Source: Ramazzottius varieornatus (taxonomy: Eukaryota; Animalia; Tardigrada). Taken from it: 64,000 bases of DNA. Below are positions 25,010 to 36,118 of this stretch, piece by piece (within the stretch, counting starts at the first letter, position 1; the number at the start of each line of letters is the position of its first letter). The notes below the pieces were generated by a model, which was not told where the DNA came from, made no database searches, and was given only the letters and a program-made list of their open reading frames with translations. The position numbers and the translations under genes were made by a program. Location: NCBI GenBank assembly GCA_001949185.1, contig BDGG01000002.1:2787826-2851825 (forward strand). Reading direction: 5' to 3'.

Positions 25010-27363
25010 TGACTTACGCCTATACTGCGCGCTGCATACAGCATTATACTTATATCTGCTTCTCAAAACATTGTACTTCCTTTTTGGGTTTTCAGCCTGT
25101 TGGCTTCTTTTTCCTGGGTATACTGCTTGCTTCCTGTTTTAACCGTCTAGTAATGTGAGTCCATGGTTCCTTTGTGTCGTCGACAAATCTCTTCATCCCA
25201 GTCAGGTGTTCAAAATTACGTAGAGCCTTACTCGAAGTTGAACATTTCGATTTTTCAGCATTCATCACTCATAGACATACGGAAAGAACAAGCTGTCGTC
25301 CAAGGAGCCCCGGTTTTTTCCAAGCCTATTCTTCTGAGACCAACGTATCAATGTCTCACAATCTTCAGAGTGGGCTGCAAACGCTCGTTGAAACCACGTA
25401 CACTATTGCATATCCGCTCACCTAACAAAGCGGTGGTCGGAAGCTTTGTCAAATTATCGATACCACCCCTTGGCAGATGACCTTCTGGACTATAAATGGA
25501 ATATAAATGTGCAGACGGTATCCTTGCCGACTAGTAATGTTGCGGTGCTCCACGTTTCGGCATTGCATATACTCCGATGCTACGAGCTGTTCGGCGGTTT
25601 TGAAACATTACCGCTTTTCGTCCACTTATTAACTCTGGCCACCACGAGCTCAACAAGGTAGAATGGGTTCTTGACCATTTCAAGCTGGAAAATCGATCGC
25701 ACCCAAGGAAATCTCACCGTGGGAAGAGAAAATTTATCCCTAATACTTTTTGAAAATTTTCTACGGTTGAACTCTCAATTTACCGTATTTTCCGCCTGTT
25801 CCAAACATTCCTGCGCGTACGTAATAAGATACGACTGAAAACTTACCGCTGCGGTTTAGAGCATGTTTGTATTTCCAGATATTTTTCTTTGTGATAAACA
25901 AGACCTGTCGTTACGCTCTGACGAAAGGACTTTTCCATGTTGGTAGAGTAGAAAGCTAGGTGAACCCCGAATCGCGGGACCGACCACGTCTGGAAACAGT
26001 AAGCCAAAGAGTGAAGAAGATTAGTGGGGGTGCTGCCGAAAATCGAGATCGCTGGAGTGAACCTCTCTTGAGTCTCTTCATCTGTGTTACTCTGCGCATA
26101 CTCGAACAGTCCGGTCGCTCGAGATGAACTGCTGAAACCAAGAATCAATCGAGAGGGCAATTGATGACTTTGCCGTCGTTTCCGCCTGTTCCATTTTACT
26201 GTCCCATATTTACCCATCGTGCGTGTACCCTTGCTCGTTCACCTCAGTCAGAGTGAAACAAAACTGTCTCTAGTGTGTTCACTGCAATATAGGCTTCTGT
26301 ACATGCTCGTTCGAGGCCGTATTGAGGGCGGGGGGAAGAGTAACTCTGCAATTGCGAACTTTTCCGGTTTTAAAGATTGCGGATCTGCAATTTTTTAAGA
26401 CGCACCTTGGGAAAATTGCAGATCTGCAATTCCGGAGAAGGTGTTTTTCAGAAATTGCTGACCTGCATATTTCTGGAATTTTTTTATAATTACAGGATGC
26501 GCGGGTTACAGATGGGATTTGCGCAAGACGAAGTCACGTGGTTTGCCGCATTGGCCAGTGAAACCTCGTGACACACACTCGCTGAACTCAGAGCCGAGCC
26601 ACGCTTTCACTCATCGTTCGAGTCGAGTAAATCATGTTGGTACGTTGTCTTCGGCTGATTAAAGTCCCAACATGGAGACCTTGATTCGTTTCCGGTAAAC
26701 ATTTACCGCTTTCGGGAAATTTCAAATTTTCCGAGGAGATTTTCTCCCGTACAACAGTACTGTAGTTTGCCTCTTAGATTCTCCTCTTCCGTCATTGCGC
26801 TTCTGAAACGTTATCTTGTTATCTTTGCAGAGACGATCGAAGGAGTCTTGGACCAGTACGATCAAATATTCTCGGAAGCCTTGGTAATATACAACTCTAT
26901 TTGTTTCTCCTGTCGTGGTAGGTCGTACGGTACAGAGCGTGACGTCAGTATCAACATCCAAATAGAAAAAAAAGTAGCAATTGACGAACCAAGCTTGGCA
27001 TAAGTTGTATCATGTCATGCCCTTCACCACCTGGTCTACCATAACAGACACGAGTGAAGAGTCGGGAAAAAACTATTTATTGTGTCTTTCTACAGTGATC
27101 ATTTTGTGATGGCTACTCTACCTGCAGTAAGTATTTGTAATGTTGTCGGGGGCGCTTAATGCTGTGAAACTATTGGCCATACACCAAGTCGGCGGTCGGA
27201 ATTCGTCGTGTCAGCCAACGGAACATATTTAAAACTTTAATCCGCCGTAAATTTTCGACAAATTCCCAATGGCCAAAAGTTCAAATACAACATACGTGCC
27301 CGTATGTTGTATTTCTGGTGCTCGAAAGGGCTACTGAAGAACGTAATTCTAATGAAATTGCAG

Positions 27364-28176
27364 AATCATCAAACCATCCTTCCGCCCTTTGGTCTTCCGG
27401 CCGACAATATCCCAATGTTAGGTCATTGGATGGGGGAACATTATGTGGTTGCTCATACGGTCTACAAGACACTTCCCTATGTAGACCAGTATGAAGCTGA
27501 CCCCATTCTTCAAGAAGTCACGGTGAAAGGTCAGACCAAGACTGTAAAAAGAGCCGAGCATGGGACTTCGGGGGACCAGATTTCAGCAATTGGGAACTCC
27601 CGTGCGCCCCCATTAATATACAAGATGAACCGCATTGATGGGTCCATGGTGTTCGCTAGCAGTTGGTCGGGAGGCGGCTCATACGAAACCATTTTCCTCA
27701 CAACAAGATACCTGGACATGGGAATAGGCCAGCGGGCGGTTATCTTCATTTTCGGCATAAACGATATTATCGAACACTACAACCATCCATCTCACTTCCA
27801 CCTCACAAACCAGGAGTGGGAGCGCCATTCGACCTTGATGATGAGACCTCTAAGAGACTTCCTTGTAGAGTATCGCCACAAGTTTAACTCTCTTTTCGCC
27901 ACGGATGTCTTCCCCGTTACCGCAGCGTATGGGTCAGTCGGTAGCAGTTACAAGGCGGATCGGATCGACCACATTGTCGCTCGGTACAATGTTCATCTGC
28001 GAGACTTAATTGAGAGTTTCGGGGGTGAATCCATTCTTACCGGGCTCCAGCCCGGTAAGAATAGTGTCCACCTTCAACAAGTGAGAAACGGGCCTTTGGA
28101 GCAGAAGCCTAAGATCCTGTTTGCTCATATGGTCCGCGATGTTTTTTACGCTTCTTTTAAGCGCAACCATAATTAA
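27364..28176 (+). CDS. SGNH/GDSL-hydrolase-like protein (terminal exon; upstream small exons probably from about 26670)
   Basis: Uninterrupted ORF (27304-28176) with SGNH-like blocks in the correct order: ISAIGNSR (I), SWSGG (II), VIFIFGINDI (III), KNSVHL (V). Acceptor ttgcag at 27363; AATAAA at the stop. Confidence 0.6.
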   Translation, partial: NHQTILPPFGLPADNIPMLGHWMGEHYVVAHTVYKTLPYVDQYEADPILQEVTVKGQTKTVKRAEHGTSGDQISAIGNSRAPPLIYKMNRIDGSMVFASSWSGGGSYETIFLTTRYLDMGIGQRAVIFIFGINDIIEHYNHPSHFHLTNQEWERHSTLMMRPLRDFLVEYRHKFNSLFATDVFPVTAAYGSVGSSYKADRIDHIVARYNVHLRDLIESFGGESILTGLQPGKNSVHLQQVRNGPLEQKPKILFAHMVRDVFYASFKRNHN

Positions 28177-28411
28177 TAAAGTACGTCGGACAGTATGTGC
28201 GGATGGTTGGTGACTCTGTATTGTTACATACAGTCACGAATGTTTTGCAGCCTGAAAAAAGAAGATCTCAGCAACCGGTTCCAGCCACCAAACTCCTTGC
28301 ACATACCAGTGTGTGAACTGTGACGAAACTGTTACTCATTTCTGCTGGGAACCTCGAACAGTAAGGTCTTGAAAACTACCCACAGTTTCTTCCGACAAAT
28401 ATATTGTTTTA

Positions 28412-30445
28412 GATTTGCGCATTAACTGATATCACGGGCTCGCCATCAGATCCTTACAATACGCCTCAAAAGGAGCCTAGAAGCAAAGCTCATGAGTACC
28501 TTGAAAATTATCCCAGCAGAGGTTTATTGGATACGACGCCGCGTAAGCAGAACTTGTTCTGCAAGCCATGCGGGAAGACGATCAAAGTAACGGAATACTT
28601 CCAGCCTTACACCGTCACGAGGCATTGTAAAACATCCAAACATGACGCGAATATCGCGAACTACATCTTAACGCAGAAAGAGGAGTCTCCTGAGCGATCA
28701 GCACCAGCTAAATCAAAGGCTTTCTGTGAGCATTGCAATATGCTCGTGCTTCTCAGATCTCCAGCGACCATACTTCGACACCAGGCTTTCAAGAAACATC
28801 AGACAATGGTAGCACAGCGACAGAAAAATTCGGTTGAGCCCTAGCGGTCCATGCGTCCAAAGAAGGCCAATCAAACCATCATCAAAAGCTGGGTTCGTTC
28901 TCTTGCGAAAACTGGCCATGCTTTCGAGATCAGCAATCATTTTCAAGACTCCCTACACACGTGTATGGAAGGTGGCGGCTGCATACCGAAAGCCAACACT
29001 TTGCGAAAAAATTATATACCAAAGCTTGCCCAGGATGAGATAGAACGCCGAAAAGTTTTGTTCAAAGGTAACCGTGATGATCGCATCTTGGCGGCCCCTT
29101 ACTTTTGTTTGTTTTCAGGCAAGAAGTTCACTTTGGCTGTAGATGCTTCCAAGGTTGCCCATAAGCACTGCATGTCCACCGTCATCATCTCAGAAGGGTC
29201 AGCCAAGGGAATGCTCATCGATCTTGATTTTCCAACGCAGTCCATTGATGAGAATTACATAGCTCGTCTCATGAAGTACGTCATGGCTTTCTATAAGTTA
29301 GAACCCAGCAACTGCGTTGAATTCGTCTGCGATGGACATTCAGCTAACAGAAGGGCTTTCAATCTGTACTTGAGGAAAGTCATTCGCAACGCGACCTACA
29401 TGACTTGTTTCGCACATATATGGAACAATGTCCACAAAGGCTTTGTAGATTCCATGCCACAGATCAACAAATTCCTTTCGTTGGCCAAGATGCCGTTTGC
29501 GAACTCTGATCAACGTGCACTGGCTTGGCACCTTTTTCTCGAAGACAGGGGAGTATTCAGAGCAAGGCCCGTGTTTTACGTCGCGAGCAGATGGTCGACC
29601 TGGCTCAAGAGCGCAAAATACTGGTTGCAGCACTTCGATCGTTTCACTGAGTTCATCAGCAAGGTGGACAGCACGGCTCAATGCGTGAAAGATTTGAAAG
29701 ACCTCCTAAGAGACGATCGTCAGTCTTCAGTCGTGAAATTTCAGCTGAATCTTCTGGATATGTTAGCTGTACCCTTGGAATCAGAACTTGCCAAGTGCGA
29801 GTCCAACTCCTTTTCTTCAGCCCCTTCCGTTCTTCAGGACGTCACCAAAATGCAGGAGTTTTTTAGCCAAGCGAAAGTTGAAGCTCAGGACACCAAGTAC
29901 ATGCCTGAGAGTGAGCTCTTCAGGGATGAACCAACTATGTTCGATTGTGCGAGGGCAGAGTTCAGAACAGCGCTGATGAAGGCTTCGAAGAGACTTTCGA
30001 ATCTCACAAGCACCGATCCAATGTTTCGCCACCCTGGGGCCAGCTTCCTTGAAGCCGTTCAGATTTTCAGTCCGATCGCCTCAAGGAACAAGCTTCCAGG
30101 CCTCAGTCATACAGATATAAAACGTTGGAAAGGTCATTTGAAATGTGTGAAAGATGTTACATCAGATGAGTAGGCAGATTACATCAGGATGATTAAAGAG
30201 CACCCGAAACATCAGAAACACGCCAGAGATCGTCGACTTAGATGGTTACTGGAAGGAAATGACGGTGGAATTTCCGAACCTCTCAAAGGTGGCGTTACTC
30301 AACATCTGGTTAACCGTTAATTCAGTTGAGGTAGAAAGAGGTTTCAGCTATATGAATACGTTCCCTTGGACCGAGGCGAGGTCAGCTGACTGAGAAGAAC
30401 ATAGCGTGCTTAATGTTCTTTTGCTTCAACGTTAGAGACAGGTCC
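28412..30445 (+). pseudogene. hAT transposase pseudogene (two N-terminal C2H2/BED-like zinc fingers + DDE + dimerisation domain)
   Basis: LFCKPC..RHCKTSKH and AFCEHC..RHQAFKKH fingers; FTLAVDAS (D), FVCDGHSAN (D), CFAH (CxxH), SRW, and C-terminal YWKE...FPNLSKVAL...SVEVERGFS (E). In-frame TAG at 28842 and 30171, plus late frameshifts. Confidence 0.88.
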
Positions 30446-30582
30446 TCTAACGATGTGATCAGGCGTTTTATATTTTAAAGAGTGTACTGACTTATCCTAT
30501 TTTAGACTACTGTAAACAGACTTATCAAATCATTGGCCCCCACAGAAGGAATGAAATTCAGAGAAAGTTAAATATTGCAAAA

Positions 30583-30720
30583 GGGATGGGCGAAAGCCCT
30601 GCTCCACAGAAAGAACAATCAAGGGTTCAGCGAAGGCTGAGCTCTAGGAAAGGAGGGGCGAAAGCCCTACCTTTGGGGTGGATCTGGAAAACTCATGCAC
30701 TTTGATCCGATCAAAGTGCA
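30583..30720. other. Cluster of four stem-loops
   Basis: gggcgaaagccc (30588-30599), agggttcagcgaaggctgagctct (30622-30645), aggaggggcgaaagccctacct (30651-30672), tgcactttgatc-c-gatcaaagtgca (30696-30720). Confidence 0.8.
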
Positions 30721-31143
30721 AGAGTTCTCTGGTCCCACCCGGGCGCCGGTGCTGTAGGTAGTGAATTCAACTTTAATATAGAAATATTTTGTAAAGGGTG
30801 CACCGGCCCCATGGTCCTCTCCGACTGGAGGCTTCACGCGCCGAGGACTGGGTGAGTCTTTGGACTTAGCGGATGCCAGTCGCCCCACGCTGTGAAAAAA
30901 TGTATTATTCTCGATCACAACAACCAATCAATACATCACCAACTTGTTCGCAGTGTCGAGAACGACTTGGATGTGATTCAGCTGATTTTCACCTATGTAC
31001 AGCATGGTGACGTGGAGTTTTGTGCCGTACAGCTTGCCAACGGCGGATGAAAAATTTAGTTTCAACATTTTTGGAATCTTGTCCTCTTCTCGGTTGCTGC
31101 TGCTCTTTTTTTTCAGGTATGTGATCTCATTTCGTTGTTCATC

Positions 31144-31694
31144 CTGAGTGGACGCGGAGAAGGAGGCAAGTCCCGATCCAGCCGCGCTGGACTGCAGTTG
31201 CCCGTTGATCGATCCAGAAAAGCTCCGCAAAAGAAACTAAGCTGAACGGGTTGTTGCTGGCGCTCCCGTCTACCTGGCTGCTGTCCTTGAGTACCTCGCT
31301 GCCGATGTCCTGGAGTTGGCTGGAAACGCTGCTCGCGACAACAAGAAGTCTGGCATCATTCCCCGTCATTTGCAGCTCGCCATCCGGAACGACGAAGAGG
31401 TAAGCCGTTTCAGTTCAATCAACATATACCCGGTCTAACGGTTGACCGGATTTGTTCTAATATTTCCCCTTGTTCAACTTGCAGTTGAACAAGCTTCTGT
31501 TCGGAGTGACCATCGCTCAAGGTGGTGTCTTGCCGTACATCGCACTTACGCTTCTGCGCAAGAAGACTGGAGACTCGGCCATGGCTCAGGACAAGGGTGA
31601 GAAAGCCTCGGCTGGTAGTGGAGACCGCAAGAAGGGAGGAAAGGCCAAGCTGCCGCCGAATTTCAGGAAGCCTGAAGTTCGTTTTTCTTCCTAA
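31144..31694 (+). pseudogene. H2A: Histone H2A pseudogene with one intron (31400-31484) and an extended C-terminal tail
   Basis: SGRGEGGKSRSSRAGLQLPV.. (frameshift, TAA) ..[53 protein letters not shown]|LNKLLFGVTIAQGGVLP..RKKTG plus a tail of about 40 aa. CTG stands where the ATG is expected. Confidence 0.9.
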
Positions 31695-32366
31695 CTGGCT
31701 TTTCCTGTTGTACCACCGAAAAATTGTTGCCTTTCCGTTTTAGTTCGTCCGTGTATATTGTGTACAGTTCGAAAATCTTAGAATTTGTCATATCACGAAA
31801 GTCGGATTTCTTTCGTTATTTTGCTATAAAATAAGCTGGTTTCACCTTTGAAGTGCTATTGATGGCGGAATATTCGCGAGGTTAGTTTCTTCTCACACAT
31901 ATAACCCTTTTCGTAATTAAAACGGTCCCCTTACAGCAACGTCGGATTAAATCGGGAGGCCCTACGCAGGTTAACGGGTGAATGTTTTGGACTTTGAAGA
32001 GTTCTCAAGCCTTCTCGGTGCGCGAGTTCACTAGAGCAGTGAGTTATGGTACAGTGGCGCAATAAAAGGAACCGTAAGCCAACAGGGTACGCGACTCGAT
32101 CGGGGGAGACGCATGAGTGGTACGGGCTATATGAGTCACAGCTCAATTTAATGACTCAACGTGTGCACGGGCAGGTCATTGGCTGCACTTATACCCAGCG
32201 CATGCACAACTCCTCCTATTTTAAATGCGGCGACTTTTCATGGCGACGTCGTCTTGCTCGCATCACACCTGTAGCGCGGGTGGTTCTGAGCCGACTTTGA
32301 AGGAGTAACAGAGCTGAATTTGCAGCACGCTCATGCGCGAAGTACAGTGACTGACTGACTGTACAG

Positions 32367-32532
32367 CAGAGCCCTGCAGCAGTAACCCGTGCTGCTTCTG
32401 CACTGCATCCGGTTTCCAGAATCTGCAACTGCACTGCATCTGCATTTTCTCACCATTTCGGCGACTGCAACCGCGCTGCATTGCAGTAAAATGCAGTACA
32501 GTACAGAATGTACTGCATGTTGTAGCGCTCTA
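32367..32532. mobile_element. Small hAT MITE nested in the 6.6-kb element
   Basis: Perfect 8-bp TSD ctgtacag; TIRs cagagccctgcagca / tgttgtagcgctcta; CTGCA-rich interior. Confidence 0.8.
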
Positions 32533-34127
32533 CTGTACAGGTGGGACGCGAGCTAGCGACGTCGCCACTTTTATTTTCTGTGTACAGATGCCGGTTTTTT
32601 TTTGATTTCTCGTAACTTTTTGCCATACATTTGATTTTTCTTACGTTTGTATCCATCAAAATACCTAACTGTCACCTCTCAACTCCCGAAATACAGGGTA
32701 ACGCAACTAAGTCCGCATAAGACTTCCTCGTCAAATTATCAGTCGAACAACAGCCCGAACAAATATCATTTGAATAGCACCGAAATTGCCCACAGCAATT
32801 TCAAGAAGCTCACCAAAAAAATATTGCGGATCTGCTATTTTGAGCAGTATCCTAGAAAAAAATTGCGGATCTGCAAAGTTTGCGATGTTCCGCCAACCTC
32901 AGTACGTCCTTGGGCTCGTTCAAACACTGGAAAAGTCCAATCCCACAATCCAGCGTAGAAAGACAAGACAGGAAGGAATTTTCCTGTTGATCATGAGTTA
33001 TCCCTTGATTGACTAGGGAATAATTTTGTGACTTCAGTTCCGCCGTTGATTTTGGACATCATTGATTGACAGGGCTATGTGTATCAACGCGCACTTTTAA
33101 TCCAGTAAACACACCAGAGGCAGTATTGTTTCACTCCGGTTACATTTAAAGCAGAGTGCAGACCACCGTTTGACGGCGCGATTTGGTATGCAGCGTACCA
33201 CACCTCGATGACGTCACTACCAGTATATCAGCGACAACTAGACTGTTATTAACGGTGATAATACAGTTTAGAATACTTTGCGCTAAACGTTGCGCGTCAT
33301 CAGCGTCGAGTTTGTTTTATCAATCACACTTAATTCCGTCTACAAATTTTAGTGCAGCCATGTGATTGTTTGCCCTGTAAACCAACTCCGATCATGCAGA
33401 CTGCACGTCAAACAATAACATTGTTTCTGGTTTGGTACCGTTCAGTACCTGCTCACTTACCGTCGATAGCTTATAAACCATATTCTCTGCCCAAGTCGGC
33501 GGTTTTAAAGATCTGTCCCGTTTTCTCGATAAGATGTTCGTCTAAATTTAGGCGAAGTTTGTCAGCCACCATTATAATTTCCAGAAGGCGGTGGTATGTC
33601 GTCTAGTGTTATTTTGTTGCTCGCTTACCTTGGAAAAGAGCCAGGATGCACCTGCCAGCTAACTCTGTAGACTCGCCCTGACCAAAAGTTTCGATGAGCT
33701 TACTTCCTCCACCAAGGTTCAATGTCTCCCCGGTAGGACGTGCAATCGTACCTGACTTCATTAGCTATCTCAGTTTTGACTGGTCCTGGCCACAAAATGA
33801 TGAACGCCACACTGTGTGATTTCAGTTTCACTCTGTCACGAAAGGCCGAAAAGATTTCTGATGAAATCTTTCTGAAAGAAACCTGAGAAGGAAGGTACAT
33901 GCAGTATCTACCGCAGCTTTCCCGATTCCATAGGCTGGAGTTCCTTCATACTTCTTCCCGCCCACGGATAAGATACTGACGATCAAGCCCGACCTCTGTT
34001 TGATCGATTGCCGCATGATCGATGCTGCTTTGGCGGCACAGGTATAATGATTTCTCTAAGCATTGCAGAACGATCGACATATTAATTTTGTAATTGCTTT
34101 TGTTCGGTGAGCATACAATGTACTTTT

Positions 34128-34548
34128 ACGGTGACAGGCTGATGAAAGTTGAGGGGACCGGCCAGAACATGCGGACAAGAATCCAGTTGAAGATCTTCAT
34201 GATGTCTCCTGTGTCGGTGGCGCCCCCTTCCTGCAAGATGCTTGACTCGACCGTTAGCTCTTTTTCTTACATCGTAGAAGCTTTTCTGAAAGATCCCCTT
34301 TTTACTCCATCTTCTGTGGATTTGAGTAGTCTATGTAGCTTCAAAAGATATCTTGATGGTCTGAATTTTTCGAATTTTAATTGGTGCAAAAAGAATGTCG
34401 ATAGGCACTTGTTAACTTGAATCAACTTGTTTTTTTATATGTTTGCCTTTGCATCCCTTTTTCTCCGACGCTCTTGCCACTATTTTTCAAATTTGATCCG
34501 CAAGCGCGAAGCCTGACTTTGCATTGGACAAATAAAGGTTATTATTAT
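34128..34548 (+). mobile_element. 5'-truncated LINE (3' end of the copy-1 family)
   Basis: SPVSVAPPSCKMLDSTVSSFSYIVEAFLKDPLF..FNWCK matches the C-terminus of the LINE at 1714-2010. 3' UTR is similar, with AATAAA plus a (TTA)n tail. Confidence 0.88.
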
Positions 34549-34931
34549 AAGCCGACGTCATTGCAGTCGTCCCAAATGGAGGTGTCGATTTCCCAGAAGG
34601 GTTTTCCAAATAACTTGAGTAAGGTTGGCACAGCGGAGTATGCGCTGTTCACCAATATGTCCAGTCTACCTTCGTCCGCCTGAATTTGCTCGAACACTCG
34701 AGTGATATCCGCGTCCTTACTGTGATCGCACTGTACCAGAATACTTCTGCCTCCTCTTTCAATGAGCTGAGGAAGACAAGGAAAGCAAATTCCATAGATC
34801 TAATGTTTTCGAGCTGTCTTATAAAGAAATTCAAGTCTTGATATTTCGTCAGGATCTTGATAAATAAGAGCCTTCCTTCGATGGCTTCACATCACGTCTG
34901 AACGAGCTTAAGAAAACAGAGAGACTTGCCT

Positions 34932-35719
34932 TAGAGCTGTTAATGGTTTGAACCATATGGTTTGGTTTGTTTTTAGTGGTTTGCATGCCAAACCGGTTAA
35001 ATGAAAATGGTTTCTCTCGCAAACCACCAAAAGTAGTCTGGTCTAAACTAGCCATTCAAACCAAACAACGTAAACCACCGGTTTGCGAACAGGTTTTTGA
35101 TCACCAGTACATAGTAAATTCTGACACAGTTTTCTTCAATTGACTAATCAACGAAAATAACCACCGAGGACATAAAAAGTTGAGCGACCGTTGCTGGTTT
35201 CTCTAAAAAAGACGCAAACAGGCAAAACTGGCGCGTACTGAAATTAAAAAAGCACCATGGCAAGCTATCCGGTAGTGCAATCATTTTTCCACCAGCAGTG
35301 TTGTCCAACACTGCCGGAACTGCGATATTTTCCTGACGGAAGGCATAGTTCTCAAGTCGCGCAGCTTATGACACGGTGCTCACCCAGTTAAAGCTGTGCA
35401 TCACGTGGCACTCAGAACCATGTGGCTGCGCACGGTGGCAGTGGAGGCAAAAAGACTGGCACTGTCAGACGGCCAATTTCGGTCCGACTTCTAGCATAGA
35501 ATCTGCAGATTTCGTATGAAATCCCACTTTACCGCAAACCATATCAAACCACATAAACCAGTGGTTCGTATGGTTTGGCGTGAGATCGAAATCGGTTTGA
35601 GTGGTTTGGTTTGAGATACCATATGGTTTGATGTGGTTTGGTTTGGATGTCAAACCACGAACCACATAAACCATATAAACCACTTTCGAAGTGGTTGGGT
35701 CTGGTTTTCAACAGCTCTA
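34932..35719. mobile_element. Non-autonomous hAT MITE (GGTTT/AAACC subterminal repeats)
   Basis: TIR tagagctgtt / aacagctcta; perfect 8-bp TSD acttgcct. Confidence 0.92.
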
Positions 35720-35835
35720 ACTTGCCTCAGCCGCCGTAGCTCGAAGACTTCCTGGTGTTTGCGGTACGTCACTTGGATCCAGAGTCCGACCTGCAAACCT
35801 CGACACATTGCTATTCACAGGTATTTACACGTATA

Positions 35836-35957
35836 CTGTAATGCTTCATGAACTTCGCGAAGTAACATCACAGTGCGCGTACAGTTAACAGGTACGATGA
35901 CGTATACAGCAGACGCTTCCTGTGACGTCACTTCGCGAAGTCCATGAAGCATTACAG
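35836..35957. mobile_element. MITE (CTGTAATGCTTCA TIR family), TA flanks
   Basis: TA|ctgtaatgcttcatgaacttcgcgaagt ... acttcgcgaagtccatgaagcattacag|TA. Confidence 0.85.
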
Positions 35958-35973
35958 TACCAGCTAAACTTTA

Positions 35974-36118
35974 CATGCGCGATGGGAAAGCTTGGAACAG
36001 TAAAAAGTTTGGAACAGGCGAAGATGGCAAATTGAGAAAATTGTCAAAAGTGCATTGGTGTGAATCGCACACGTTATGCTGTTTCGAAATCGCCTGTTCC
36101 AAACTTTCCCTTCGCGCG
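35974..36118. mobile_element. MITE (CACGC/CATGC TIR family), TA flanks
   Basis: TA|catgcgcgatgggaaagcttggaacag ... ctgttccaaactttcccttcgcgcg|TA. Confidence 0.7.

Larger units (their letters stand above)
26312..32912 (+). mobile_element. 6.6-kb hAT-superfamily DNA transposon with cargo (SGNH-like gene, transposase, H2A)
   Basis: Imperfect TIRs cgaggccgtattgagg / cctcagtacgtccttg (13/16), 8-bp TSD tgctcgtt / ggctcgtt (7/8), repeated subterminal attgc(g/a)gatctgc motifs at both ends, and an internal hAT transposase. Confidence 0.8.

Noticed and set aside
30928-31230. MLYIGE in a minus-strand ORF suggested a GIY-YIG (Penelope) endonuclease; nearby hairpins suggested a hammerhead ribozyme
   Set aside because: No upstream GIY/VY strand, conserved Arg or Glu, and no CUGANGA core near the GAAA motifs.
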